The notes: generated by a model not told the origin, from the letters alone. Shown: positions 1-13,594, counted from the first letter of the whole stretch. The stretch: DNA of 63,501 bases, filler included, from Pirum gemmata (GCA_002812295.1; 14 parts of 14 records of this genome joined end to end with filler, not necessarily neighbours in it), one strand, 5' to 3'. Numbers and translations are program-made.

Positions 1-190
1 ATTCATTCTTGTTATGAAGATGATGATTATTATAAGTATAAAGATTAAGTCATGTACTATATAGTTGTCTTAATAATCAGCTTCATAGTAACAATAGTAA
101 TGGAAATACAAGCGTTTAATTAAAGAAAGTTTAGGTACTCGGGTCCCCTCCCACGCATGGGTTCTTAATGTTATGCATAATGTATTAAGG

Positions 191-386
191 GGAATGATAC
201 CTGGATTGGAACACAGAGATCTGCACGTGCATTGTTATTACAGGCTCTCAAAACCGAACAAGCAGCGTCACTATAAATACACAGAGTTTCCAAACCATCA
301 TCACTTTCAACAGCACCATTATTTGGCTCTTGACAATAAGAAAGTGAGAAAAATGGTAATAAGGTTAAAAACTTAAAGAAAAGCAT
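191..386 (-). CDS. Small secreted Cys-rich protein, first exon(s); 3' part uncertain
   Basis: ORF starts with a signal peptide-like MLFFKFLTLLPFFSLSYC, followed by several Cys. A probable GT donor follows ...VPIQ. Confidence 0.4.
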
Positions 387-883
387 ATTTTGATCTTTTT
401 TTTTTGTTGCAATGTTAATTGATTATTGTTATTGTTGTTGATTGTTGTTGTTGTTGGTTGTTGTTGGTTATTGATTGCGGTTGTTGTTGTTGTTGTAAGT
501 TGGTGGTTGGTTGGTTGGTGGTTGGTTGGTGGTTGGTTGGTTTGTTGGTTGGTGGTTGATATAATTGGTTGCTGTTGGTTGCTGTTGGTTGCTGTTGGTT
601 GCTACTATTTGTTGTTAGTATACGTAGTTGGTTGTGGTTGGTTGTTCTTGGTTGCTGTTGGTTGCTGTTGGTTGTTGTTGGTTGTTGTATTTAATATACA
701 AAATGAACATGCCATGTGGTATATGGTTTTCATTTCAATTTCTGACTATTGCTATATGTTAAATTTATAATGCATATATGCTTTCCTGTTATTTATACAT
801 TTTTTGTCATTGCAATGAGAATGTTAATTATTATTATTATTNNNNNNNNNNNNNNNNNNNNNNNNNNNNNNNNNNNNNNNNNC

Positions 884-914
<31 letters not shown>

Positions 915-1033
915 ACTAGCACTGGAACACGCTATGACATCAAATTTTACTTAAGTTTTATTATTATTATTATTATTATTTTTATTTATTATTATTGTTC
1001 TTTATTATTATTATTTTGTTATTTTCAAAACAG

Positions 1034-2673
1034 CTTGTTGAGGAAAATAAAGACAATATACCTACAATCAAATTACCAAAGACCTGCAACGCTATTAAAA
1101 AGTTTATAGAACAAGACTGGAAAATTTTGGGTAATAGAGTTAAAACAGAAATTTTAGTTTTCACATGCCAATTAATTGGTTATGGTTCTCTGGACCAATC
1201 CAAACAACTATTTCATTACGTCAACAACTGTCAAAGAACCAACTTTCGAACATTGACCAAGGCTAATGATCGTAGCCCAGCCCCTATATTACCCTCAGGG
1301 TGGCATTCTGCTAAATTTCGTAAGTTTTTTTTTGAATAATTGTTATATTTAATATTTATTATTATATTTAATGTTTATTATTAATGTTTATTATTTATTA
1401 TATTTACTATTTATTATATTTACTATTATTATTATTGTTTGTTGTTGTTGTTTATTATTAATATTATTATTATTGATTATTATAGTTATTATTTATATTT
1501 ATTATAATTATTATTGCTTATTATACACATTATTTATTGTTATGTATATATATGTGCTTGTTTGTTACTATTGTTTTATGGATTATTTATATTGAGTATT
1601 GATTATTTATTATTATTATTGATAATTTATTGTAGATGATTGATTATTGATTGATTATTGATTGATTATTGATTGATTGATTATTGATTATTTATTATTA
1701 ATTGATTATTTTTTATTTATTTATGTTTGATTTTTGATTTTTGATTATTTGATATGGATTATTTATTATGTGTTATTTATTATTTAATATTAAGTATGAT
1801 TTAATTATTACCTTTTATTGATTATTGATTATTGATTATTGATTGATTATTATTATTAATAATAATAATCCATTTAATTATATTAGCGTGTAATGAGCAT
1901 GGTATTAATTTATTGTTCCTTTTTTTTGTGTAATAATAGGCCAGAATTATGATCTTTTTGGTATCTCAGCCAAAGAAACTGCCAGACAATTAACTATTCT
2001 CGATTCCTTATCTTATCGTAAAATTAGACCCTCAATTTTATTAAGGTGGAATAAAAAGGAAACCAGAAACGAGGCTAATTACGAATATTCTTTAATTGAA
2101 AAATTCAACGAATTTGCACTTTGGGTGGTTGAAAAAATCCTCGAACACGATAATGCACAACAACGTGCAAAAGTTATTTCCAAATTTATTATGATTATGA
2201 AACATTGCCACGAACTTAATAATTTTAATTCTATGATGAAAATTTTAAGTGGTTTGAATTTATCTCCAATTACTCGTTTACATAAAACGTTTGCCTTAGT
2301 ACCCCAGCATTTATTGGACATTAAGGACCAAATTAGTGAGGTCATGTCCTGTGATAAATCATACGCTAATTATAGAAAATATCAACACCAAATACATCCA
2401 CCCTGTGTTCCTTATTTGGGAATGTATTTGACTGATTTGACGTTTATAGATGAAGGTAATCATGATTACCTCGAAAATAATCATATTAATTGGGCTAAAC
2501 AGAAACTGAAATATAAAATTGTTTCTGAAATCAAGCAATACCAACAGGATCCTTATTTTTTACAAGTGGTACCTGATATACTGAATAAGTTAGATAAATG
2601 CAATAGTGAGTTTACTATTGAACAACTTTATGATCAAAGTTTAATACTGGAACCTCGCCAAAAGAGGTTTTGA
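1034..2673 (+). CDS. RasGEF (CDC25 catalytic domain) protein, 5'-partial; exons 1034-1319 and 1940-2673
   Basis: GTAAGT..TAG intron 1320-1939 joins in frame (..AKF R QNYDLFGISAKETARQLTILDS..). Motifs LNNFNSMMKILSGL, PPCVPYLGMYLTDLTFIDEGN and INWAK are typical of CDC25 domains. Confidence 0.92.
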
Positions 2674-2981
2674 TTAAGATGATTTATTAAAATAAAAAAA
2701 AAAATTACAACTATATAACCAACCAATAAACAACTATACTTAATTAGTACTTAATTTATATTAAAAAAGCTCAATTTACTGCTGGATAAAAAGGCTGTAC
2801 AAAATTGCAGAAATCATTTTTTTTAGACTTTTCTAAAAACTGGTCATTGGTTCATAATAGAGTCTTAGTTGGACGATTTCTAAAAGTTTGATAGTACTTT
2901 CATTAACATTGGAGGATTTTAAGATTTCTTCAGATTTTGAGCTCATATGGCGGAATATGCAATTTTATCTGGTAATGGTGT

Positions 2982-3028
<47 letters not shown>

Positions 3029-3163
3029 AATTATCATTAATTGTAAATTGTTATTATTATAAATTATTGTAAATTAAAAATTATTATTATAAATTATAAA
3101 TTATTATTCTATAAAACCAAATTGATAATGATTTGTCGTATACCAATAATAAACTTATTAAAT

Positions 3164-4881
3164 TTAAAAAGAATACAATGCACAAAACATTGCTATTAAC
3201 AAAAATCCAGAAAATGGCAATCTCATGCTTATGTTATTATTCTTGATTGTTTCAAGTGGCTCCCTCGAAGTAGTTGTTTGAGTAGCTGTTTTGAGTATAT
3301 AATGTAATATAATGTAATATAATACATATATATTAATATATATATATATATTAAGACATCTTGTATTTTCTTTATTAAGACATCTTGTATTTTCTTTATT
3401 AAGACATCTTGTATTTTCTTAAATATGGATTTAATTGAAAAAATGAGAAAATGAAAAATACTTAATAATAATTAATAAGAAGAAAATATAGATATTACGT
3501 GTATACGGTTGTTACGATTTTTAATTAGACAAATCGAAGAAACGATATATATATATAATACTAATCTTACTTAGTATAATTAAAGATTTTGTTGATTCAT
3601 TTTCCTTTAAACATTATAAAAGTTTAATTCCATTTTTCTTGTATATTTATTTGGATTTATTAGTTTATTTATTTATTTAAACACACACACACACACATGT
3701 ACATGTACAGTATATTAGATATTAGTGTATTGTTGTTGATATTATTATTATTATTGCCCTTATATATTATTTTCTAATTATTCTGTAGTACTGTGTAGTT
3801 ACGATTAAAATTATTGTTCAAGAATTAATGCGACGAAGATTATTTCTCGAGGGTAAGCGGTTAGGGCAAAGTATATTATTAATAAATAAAAATTTACTAG
3901 GTAATGTATATATATAACAAATCTAAAAACCCCTGTAAAACTTGATAATTAATATAACAATAATAGCAACAACAATAATAGGATAATAATTGATAATATA
4001 TATTAATAACAATAATAATAACTGTAACAATAACATTTAACTGACCTAATGTAGTAGTAAAAGTGCTGCTCGTGCTGGTAATTGACTGCGTAGTGGGTTC
4101 GACGGTCACGTTGGCTGCCCCCAATACAGTGTTGTTCGCTTTTGATGTAACAGGATTTGTTATCTGTGTGTTGTTTTTTAATTAATTATACCAAATAATA
4201 ATGACAATGATAAAATGAAAATCATTAATAACTTTTTGTTTATCCTGGTGTGTTTGTTTGTAAACTCAAGAATTGCTATGTATCTTGTGTGTGTGTGTGT
4301 ATGTGTGTGTATGTGTTAAAGAAACATATGTGTGTATTAAAGTAGCGTACTTGAAAATATTGGGTAACTGTTGTTATTAGCAGGTCGACTTTCACTTCAG
4401 TGCATACACCTAAAGTTGTTTTGATGTCGAAAATTGCAGGAGTTAAACAAGAAGGTTCCCAATACATAAATACTTCAAACTCGTCCCCGGGCAATTTATT
4501 GTATTTTCCATATCCTACTGGCTTATTTTATTAATTATATTTATCAATAACAAAAGGTGTATTAATTAACATTAAAATATTATTAAAAGAAGATTGGGTT
4601 TTGTATATTACTATAACAACAGTTATAATACCATGCATATGAAACAACAAAACAACAAATTAATAATAAAATTATACATAAATAAATTTAAATATACAAC
4701 ATATCAATAACAAAAAGGTGTATTAAAATATTATTATTAAGAGAATACTTTTTTATATATTACTACAACAACAGCTATAAATGACAAACAACAAACAATA
4801 CGATAATTATATAATAGTATAGGATACGTTTACGTAGATTATTATTATTCTGGTTAGAGTTAAAGTAGGGAACAGGGTTAT
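3164..4881 (-). CDS. Putative GPI-anchored surface protein, 5'-partial; exons 4881-4834, 4514-4351, 4163-4046, 3285-3164
   Basis: Three GT..AG introns with consistent phases give one open frame. It has a Thr/Ser-rich stalk (TTQSITSTSSTFTTTLATQTTTS) and a hydrophobic C-terminus (FSGFLLIAMFCALYSF*). Confidence 0.65.
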
Positions 4882-4977
4882 CTATAGAATTATAGCGTAG
4901 GATTAGGGTTAGGGTTCATCAAACTAAATAAATTGAGATTAGTTTTTTTTTTTTTTTTTTTTTAAAAGCCAAGCCGG

Positions 4978-5077
4978 NNNNNNNNNNNNNNNNNNNNNNN
5001 NNNNNNNNNNNNNNNNNNNNNTTAATTAATTAANNNNNNNNNNNNNNNNNNNNNNNNNNNNNNNNNNNNNNNNNNNN
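4978..5077. other. Artificial scaffold linker N44-TTAATTAATTAA-N44 (first of 13)
   Basis: The same 100-bp linker also starts at 9175, 13443, 17640, 25169, 29879, 34053, 38270, 42502, 46719, 50932, 55080 and 59291. The 12-mer has stops in all six frames. Confidence 0.98.
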
Positions 5078-6897
5078 AATAATAATAGTAATAATAATAA
5101 TAATAATAAATTTGTTAATGTTTTAAGTTGTCATATTGTGGTTGTTGGTTATTGTTATTGTTCTTGTTCTTGTTCTTGTTCTTGTTCTTGTTCTTGTTCT
5201 TGTTCTTGCTGCTTTTGTTCGTGTTCTTGTTGTTCTTGTTGTTCTTGTTGTTCTTGTTGTTCTGGTTGTTCTGGTTGTTTTTGTTGTTCTTGTTGTTCTT
5301 GTTGGACGTACGATAGAATATACCGATAAGATTCAATTTATTATATTTTTAATAGCACGATAGCATAGCGCAACCATTTCATTTTTAAAAAAAAGAAAGA
5401 GAATTTCAGTACGATAATAAGTACTATAGATAAGTATGATTTATATATTTTTTATATTGATATTACAAATTATGAATCAAGAGTAGTCTATTAGTTAGAG
5501 TTAGAGTCCCAAAAATAATTATTATGAGCATAAATTGGGTTAAATTTTATTATTAAATTTTATTATCATAATCATAGAAGGAGTTTCTTATATAGTTCAA
5601 GAAACTCTTTGTATCATATCGATAACTAAGTCTTTTGTAGACTATCCGATAACATGATTATCCAAGGACTTCACTATGTCATATAATATGCATAGCTTTC
5701 ACTATGATATGTTCATATCATAAAAAAAAAATAATAATATTTCATTATTTTTATTGTCTCATAAATAAACCCCTCTAGCTAGCTAGAGCTAGCTAGCTAG
5801 TAGCTATCGTAGTTAGCGTATCGATACTGATTCGATAGCGTAGACCGTTAGACTAGCTACTCTAGCTATCGTAGTAGTAGGGTTAGACCAGCTGTTAGAC
5901 CCCGTCGGTCTACCGGTCTACTAGTAGCTAGCTAGCGGTCTACTATCTGATACATGATAACAAAAATAAACAAAATGCTACCAAAATATAATGTTTATTT
6001 GAATTTTTGATACATTTTCACTAATTTACTATATTTAAATAATTTTTAAAAGGCACCTATTTAAATTTATTTCAGCAGTATTTCAGCAGATATTTCAGAG
6101 CTTTTTCAAACGGAAAAAGTAGACCTCTACATTACCTCTACACTACCAGTACACTACCTCTAGACTAGCTAGCTAGCTAGACTAGCTATGATAGCTATGA
6201 TATCCGATAGCTAGCTAGCTAGAGCTAGACCCCGTCTACCTCTAGTCTACTCTAAAAGACCTAAAAGACCTAGCTAGCTATGAGTCATAGCTAGCTAGCT
6301 AGAGTCTAAAAATAAAAGACTTCTAAAAGACTTCTAATGTATAAAAGTAGTCTATCTTCTGTGAACATTTATCATAGTCTAGACTACTACTAGTACTATA
6401 ATACAAAATCTGAAGCTTTAAAAGCCCATCTACCCCACCTCGGTACTATGAGTTGGTAGAGACCATTTTCTCCATTAGATGTACAAATAGTTAAACAGTC
6501 TAATTACTAGTGTGTAATAAAAATAAGTTATTCTAAATAATTCTAATTACGCTGTTTTACTGAGGTATGATAATAATAATAATAATAATAATAATGATAC
6601 CCAGTCCAGAATCCAGATACCCATTCTATATTCTGTAATAACACTACCCTGATAATATTATTATAAATAATTTATAATGACTCTATATAGCTAGCCTTTA
6701 ATATTAATATCATCTCGGCATCTTTCGAGTTTTTTTTGGTCGGCCGAAATATTCATTACCGAACTATAGTTCAAAAAAAAAAAAAAAAAAGATTGACTGT
6801 TGCTTTTTAGCTTGTTTTATTTATGTATAACAGGGCAAGACTGAAACAAAAATACAAGCAACTGCTGTAAAGTGTATGTAGTAGTATTAATACATAC

Positions 6898-7445
6898 TAC
6901 AGATAAAAACTCCATGAGATATATTTCTGTGTTTTTTCAAGAAGTCTAAGAAATTGGTGAATAAAAATCACCTATACATATAACTAGTAGATACACCTTA
7001 GTACCGGTAGTAGTACAGATAAAAACTCCATGAGATATATTTCTGTGTTTTTTCAAGAAGTCTAAGAAATTGGTGAATAAAAATCACCTATACATATAAC
7101 TAGTAGATACACCTTAATACCGGTAGTAGTACAGATAAAAACTCCATGAGATATATTTCTGTGTTTTTTCAAGAAGTCTAAGAAATTGGTGAATAAAAAT
7201 CACCTATACANNNTACAGATAAAAACTCCATGAGATATATTTCTGTGTTTTTTCAAGAAGTCTAAGAAATTGGTGAATAAAAATCACCTATACATATAAC
7301 TAGTAGATACACCTTAGTACCGGTAGTAGTACAGATAAAAACTCCATGAGATATATTTCTGTGTTTTTTCAAGAAGTCTAAGAAATTGGTGAATAAAAAT
7401 CACCTATACATATAACTAGTAGATACACCTAAGTACCGGTAGATA
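6898..7445. repeat. 116-bp tandem repeat, about 5 near-identical copies
   Basis: Unit TACAGATAAAAACTCCATGAG...GTACCGGTAGTAG starts at 6898, 7014 and 7130, and again after the NN gap. Confidence 0.95.
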
Positions 7446-7721
7446 AACTTTATTGGCGCCCTATAATACTCCTATAACTCCTATGATATATCATAGTAAT
7501 ATTTCACAAATACGATCCGTTTTTTAGTTTTTTAAAGTATAATCTAAATCTTAATGAGTGCGGCATTTTTAAATTTGGTAATATTTTTCAATTTTGTATG
7601 GAATTTTAACAATTATTTGTATCACTTTGCTCTCGTCGAGACCTGGTCTATCTGTTTGTTGTTGTTGTTGTTGTTGTTCAATGTTTTAGAAACGTTGTTG
7701 TTAACATTGTTGTTAATTTAA

Positions 7722-7785
<64 letters not shown>

Positions 7786-8369
7786 ATTGTTGCTGTTGTT
7801 GTTTCAGTTGTTGCTAACGTTTTCGTTGTTCTTGTTTGTTGTTTGTTGTTTTCAATTCTGCTGCAGACTAATCCACAATATTTTGTTCAAATTTTATAAA
7901 AATAACTGCCTGAAGGAAACCAAGCACACTAGCAAGCAGGGCAATTCTTGCTAACAGACCTCTCTGGACCTACTAGCTAGAGCTAGACTGACAGACAGTG
8001 CTGACAAAAACTGTCAGACAGTGAGACATAATGACATTTACATCTTTTTTTGTAACAAATTTATATTATTATTAATTAACCATTGATAGCATTGATCGGG
8101 ACTTAGGATTCTTCGGAAGACTTAGTTTTGTTTTTTTGTGTTTTTTTGTTTTTTGTTTCAATAAGCCAATAATGCTAGCTCAAGGTCTAACTAACATAAC
8201 TCAGTTTGGAAGGCCTTAGATTTAGAAGGCTTAGAATCAGCTATAGGTATAGACTTCCATCCATTCAACTTCCAGCAATTTTTTTTTTTTTTTTTTTTTT
8301 TTCTGAATCATTATTCATGACATAGTCTATCATTTTTTATTATTATTATTTTTTTTAGCATTAGTAACT

Positions 8370-8563
8370 TGATGTTTATTTCCATGTAATTTTCCGAATT
8401 TTAAAAAAAAATTAAATTAAAAAGCTAATCTAGAGCTTAAAAAACAAGCAAACTTTATATACAAAGAGCGTTAGACTCGATGTTTATTTCCATGTAATTT
8501 TCCAAATTTTAAAAAAATTAAATTAAAAAGCTAATCTAGAGCTTATTAAAACAAGCAAACTTT
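8370..8563. repeat. Local direct duplication (about 109-bp offset)
   Basis: GATGTTTATTTCCATGTAATTTTCC...ACAAGCAAACTTT occurs twice. Confidence 0.85.
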
Positions 8564-9333
8564 GTCATTGAATTTTCTTCATAACATCATTATTACTCAT
8601 TCTATAAACAATTATATTTTGTTGTCAGAATGTCACTTTAAGCTCACAAAAGCCAAACTAAAGCAATAAAAAGTAAATCTAGGACTAGGTTATTAGCTAT
8701 AGAGCTAGACTACTATATATAATTATATAAATCAAAAATAAATTTCTATGATATTTATAATTCATAACTAGTACTGTTCATAAGCGACATTTTACTAATT
8801 AATTAAAATAACATTTTATCACATTTGTTAATTACCTTTTAATAATTTAAAATATAAAGCATACATTATATTATTATTGGGAAAAAAGAGTTATTTATTA
8901 CTCTGGTTATTACTATATATATAAATAAAAAATAAATTAGTGATTGAAAGACAACTTTCCAAAAGAGTTATGATATGATATAATTATTTTTAACTACTAT
9001 ATTTTTAATATATGATAGTTAGACTGTCTTTATAAACACACAAAAAATAAATTACTATGTACACAGTTTTCAAATTTTCATATATCATATCGTAACATTA
9101 GTAATATTATAGTGCTTTTCAGTTGCTTTGTCATCATAAATTATACAATAAATAGTACCAAATTAAAACAATATNNNNNNNNNNNNNNNNNNNNNNNNNN
9201 NNNNNNNNNNNNNNNNNNTTAATTAATTAANNNNNNNNNNNNNNNNNNNNNNNNNNNNNNNNNNNNNNNNNNNNAGTTTTTTCCCCTAACCTAGGTTACA
9301 CCTACCCCTTAATTATAACGCCTAACCCTAACC

Positions 9334-9385
<52 letters not shown>

Positions 9386-9389
9386 GTAT

Positions 9390-9712
9390 CTTAAAACCTT
9401 TTCCAAAGAATTTATCCTTTGTTGTGACCTGCTTGCATTCGCTAATTTCCTTTCGTCTCTAAAACCGTCAAACACACATATTATTTCATTGAGTTTTCCG
9501 TCACCAGCCCAGCTTTGTATGAAATGTAAATAATTATGTATGCTTGTTAAGAAGTTACTCCAATCATCGTGTAAAAGTATTTCTTGAGCATGTGAACGTA
9601 AGATGCAATGAATCAACATGCTCATATCAATACCAATTGTTCCATTAAAATGTGAAACTGGAACCTCTGACATCAAAACGTTGAACACGTTTAGAACGCC
9701 TTTCACACCCAT
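9390..9712 (-). CDS. XPG/FEN1/EXO1-family nuclease N-terminal (PIN) domain, first exon; 3'-partial
   Basis: MGVKG start, IGIDMSMLIH and ICVFDG...K...R...R match XPG_N motifs. A second copy at 9814-10017 lies across a single N. Confidence 0.75.
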
Positions 9713-10418
9713 TATAACAATACAATAATAGTAATAATAATAATAATGAAAACAAAACAAACCAACTAACTGTTGCTGTTACTGAGCTGTTACTGATAAG
9801 CAAAAATAAAAANCCAGCTTTGTATGAAATGTAAATAATTATGTATGCTTGTTAAGAAGTTACTCCAATCATCGTGTAAAAGTATTTCTTGAGCATGTGA
9901 ACGTAAGATGCAATGAATCAACATGCTCATATCAATACCAATTGTTCCATTAAAATGTGAAACTGGAACCTCTGACATCAAAACGTTGAACACGTTTAGA
10001 ACGCCTTTCACACCCATTATAACAATACAATAATAGTAATAATAATAATAATGAAAACAAAACAAACCAACTAACTGTTGCTGTTACTGAGCTGTTACTG
10101 ATAAGCAAAAATAAAAAAAACAAAAATAAAAACAATCAAAAAGTAAAAAAAAAAAAGCAAAAAAAAGTGAAATTTTTTTTTTTTGAAAAAATTAATTTAT
10201 TGTATCAAACATAAATATTTATTATTGAATCGAAAAAAAGAAATCGTTCGAAAATATGCGAAAAATAATAGACGAAAAACACTCCCGAAAAAAAATTACT
10301 TACGTAGAGGCAGTGAAATCTTTGGAAGAGCTCCTATACCGGAGAATAATTATGATAAAGTCCATTTGGTTTTTCTAAATATACCCCCCCCAATCTAAAG
10401 CAAGGAACTAAAAAAAAT

Positions 10419-10536
10419 TTTGGATTCAGAGTTGTCTAGTTTGGATCCAGAGTTGTCTAGTTTAGATTCTAGTTTGGATTCAGAGTAGTCTAGTTTGGAT
10501 TCAGAGTAGTCTAGTCAAGTTTGGATTCAGAGTAGG
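10419..10536. repeat. About 20-bp minisatellite (TTTGGATTCAGAGTAGTCTAG-like)
   Basis: Five to six imperfect tandem units. Confidence 0.85.
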
Positions 10537-10656
10537 CTAAAAAAAATAGGGTGGTCTCAGTCTCTTATTGTGGTTTTACTGTGGTCTTTAGTGTGGAATT
10601 TTGGAGTAGCCTAGCTAGCTAGCTCTAGTAGAGTAGTCTTAGCAGCAGCAGCAGTG

Positions 10657-10726
<70 letters not shown>

Positions 10727-11081
10727 CAGTAGTACTGCTAATAGAGTAGTACTAGTACTAGTACTATTAGTATCAAGATTTAGTATGATATTAATAATGA
10801 TAATAATAATATGCATATGTATATTATGATAATGGTAATAATAGTATTTTAATTAATAGTAATTAATAGTAGCAGTGGTGGTGATAGTAGTACTACTACT
10901 ACACTACTAATAGAGCATTGGTATTTGCTATAGTAGAAATAGTAGTAATAGTAGTAATAATAGGTCTAGAAGCTTAATTAATTAAGTAGTAGTAGTTGTA
11001 GTAGTGGTGGTGGTGGTGGTAGCACTACTAGCACTACTAGCACTACTAGTACTATTAATACTGGCACTACTAATAATAATA

Positions 11082-11114
<33 letters not shown>

Positions 11115-11519
11115 CGGCTATAGTAGTACTAAAATAAGAATAATAATATATAACATAATAATAATATATATTATTGATAATAACGATATCATCGATAGCA
11201 GCAGTAGTAGTAGTAGTAGTAGTAGTAGTAGTTGTAGTAGTAGTAATTTTATAATAGTACAGTACTAGTATACGCAATACTAGTATATATTATATATATA
11301 GCTGTAGTATATTATGTATACGTACGTAGTAGTAGCAGTAGTATTAAAATAGTAGTACTATAGCTAGTAGCAGTAGTAGTGGTAGTAGCTATAATAGTAG
11401 TAGTAGTAGTAGTAGTAGCGTATATGCATATTTATATGTAGCATATGTTGCAATTGTATATTATGTATTATGTATTAATATATGTATATATTAATAATAT
11501 GTATTAATATAATATGTAT

Positions 11520-11654
11520 ATTTTATCTCAACATCTGACGTCATACGGAAAAGAACACTACACTGCGGCACTATCAGTTGTTAAATATCTCGCTGGAACC
11601 ACAAATCTAGGGCTTGTAGCTCACAGTACTCAAAACATAACTATTGAAGTATAT
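11520..11654 (+). mobile_element. Ty1/copia LTR-retrotransposon pol fragment (RT to RNase H junction)
   Basis: Translates as ILSQHLTSYGKEHYTAALSVVKYLAGTTNLGLVAHSTQNITIEVY, matching the copia pattern LSQ...H..A.K.V.RYL.GT...GL. Confidence 0.75.
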
Positions 11655-13177
11655 ATGTATATGTCTATAGCACACGTGGTAGTGTGAATATGTATATTAT
11701 ATGTATAAATGTATATATATATGCATAATTGTGTATTGTGTATTTATATGTGTGTACATTCAAAATCCGACTCGTCTTCTGATTCGTCTTCAAAATTCTC
11801 ATAAGTGCCATCATTATCATCATCATTGAATGGGTTCTTGATAAATGTAACCACATTCATCAGAATCAGATGAATCAGAATCAGGAGGTTTCTTGACAGG
11901 AGGTTTCTTGACAATAGTTTTCTTGACTGGTTTCTTGACAATAGTTTTTATATATAAGTGCCAGTATCCGCACTTTTATTCACTTTTGTCGCAAAAAGTG
12001 TCTATATAACATATATGTATATGTATTAATTAATATATATATAATATGTATATGTATATGCATATGTATATTGATATGTATATATATGGATATGTTATAA
12101 TCAGGGTTAGGGTTAGTCTAGTAGCCAGGGTTAGCTATAGGGTTAGCTATAGGGTTAGGGTTAGGGTAGGGTTGGGCCTAGGGTTAGGATATCGATTAGA
12201 GTACCAGTTAGAGTTAGGAAAACTGTTATAAGTTACGGTTGTACCATGAGAACTACACACTTGCAATTGTGTACATGCTTGTGTAGTTCTCATGTTTATA
12301 TACTAATACTAGACCGTTATCGTAACCTCCCCCCCCNNNNNNNNNNNNNNNNNNNNNNNNNNNNNNNNNNNNNNNNNNNNNNNNNNNNNNNNNNNNNNNN
12401 NNCTCTCTCTCCCTGCGGGTCTACTTGTTTGTAACCAAATCAACAGAACCTCAGGGTCTATCTTACAGCTAGCTAGACCATAAATATGTTATCATTTTTC
12501 AAAGACCCCTATGGCTACATATATGACAAAACATTGCATACTCTAACCCTAATCCTAACCCTAATCCTAACAGTACTCCCTAACCCTAACCCTAATTTTA
12601 TTATTATTATTATTAATATTATTATTACAAATTTATAATTTTAATTTTAAAAATACATATTATAATAATTAACGGTCAGGGTTAAGGTTAAGATTAATTA
12701 GGGGTAGGTGTTTGGGTTGGGTAAGGGTTATTATATACTTAGCTTTAGCTTATATTATATGGCATAATTAAAATATAATAAGTCCTTGCTTTCGATTTCC
12801 CAATGAAAAAAATACTTCTTACGTATAATATGTATGCATTAATTAATATTACACTGGTATTATCAATTTTGTTTTTTGTTTGTACTGTATACGTGCATGC
12901 ATATATGTGTACGTATACGTAGTATGAATTAATTAATTAATTAATATATTAATTCTGTTTATTTTTTGATGTTTTTCTGGGGGGGGGGAATACTATTTAC
13001 AAATATATTAACACTTCTAAATAAAGTAAAAGAACTGTAAAAGAACAGTTTAATAGTTTATTTTAGCTTTATTTCTTTAATATTTTTAACAATAAATCAT
13101 ACTAAAACCATTATCCTCAATATTATTGCTTTATATTTTACAATAAATAATGAACAACGTTAAAACTCCAACCAATA

Positions 13178-13325
13178 TTAAAGTTTAAAATATTCCCAAG
13201 GTCTCCAATGATCCTGTGGCACGTTCATATTCAACGTCCAGAATTTTTCAAGAATCCCAATGTTAACGAAATCAGGAATAGATAGAATAGATTCACATCC
13301 AGCTATATATTCGGAACTTATATCC
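13178..13325 (-). CDS. Probable terminal exon of an unknown gene
   Basis: A TAG acceptor is followed by 48 open, non-repetitive codons (DISSEYIAGCESILSIPDFVNIGILEKFWTLNMNVPQDHWRPWEYFKL*). Confidence 0.4.
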
Positions 13326-13594
13326 CTATAATATTAATATTTATAATAGAGACTCTTTTTTGGCATAATATTCAGTTTGAACTGAATATGGTTGAAAAAG
13401 GTACCATATTCAGTTCAAACTGAATATTATGCCAAAAAAGAGNNNNNNNNNNNNNNNNNNNNNNNNNNNNNNNNNNNNNNNNNNNNTTAATTAATTAANN
13501 NNNNNNNNNNNNNNNNNNNNNNNNNNNNNNNNNNNNNNNNNNAAAAAAAAAAAAAAAAAAAAAAAAATTAATTATTTGTCTGATGTTAGGCAGG

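Noticed and set aside
426..770. Hydrophobic or homopolymeric ORFs (also 1371, 5115-5363, 7724, 10625, 10978, 14122, 20972, 29280-29873, 36112-36422)
   Set aside because: Translations of microsatellites and AT-rich introns; no coding complexity.
5022..5033. Regularly spaced TTAATTAATTAA motif as a biological periodic signal
   Set aside because: Always flanked by exactly 44 Ns on each side; an artificial six-frame-stop linker.
6898..7445. CRISPR-like array
   Set aside because: Whole units are identical with no unique spacers, there are no cas genes, and the context is eukaryotic.
9814..10117. Real tandem duplication of the XPG-like exon
   Set aside because: An apparently identical copy of about 305 bp separated by one N is typical of an unmerged contig overlap.
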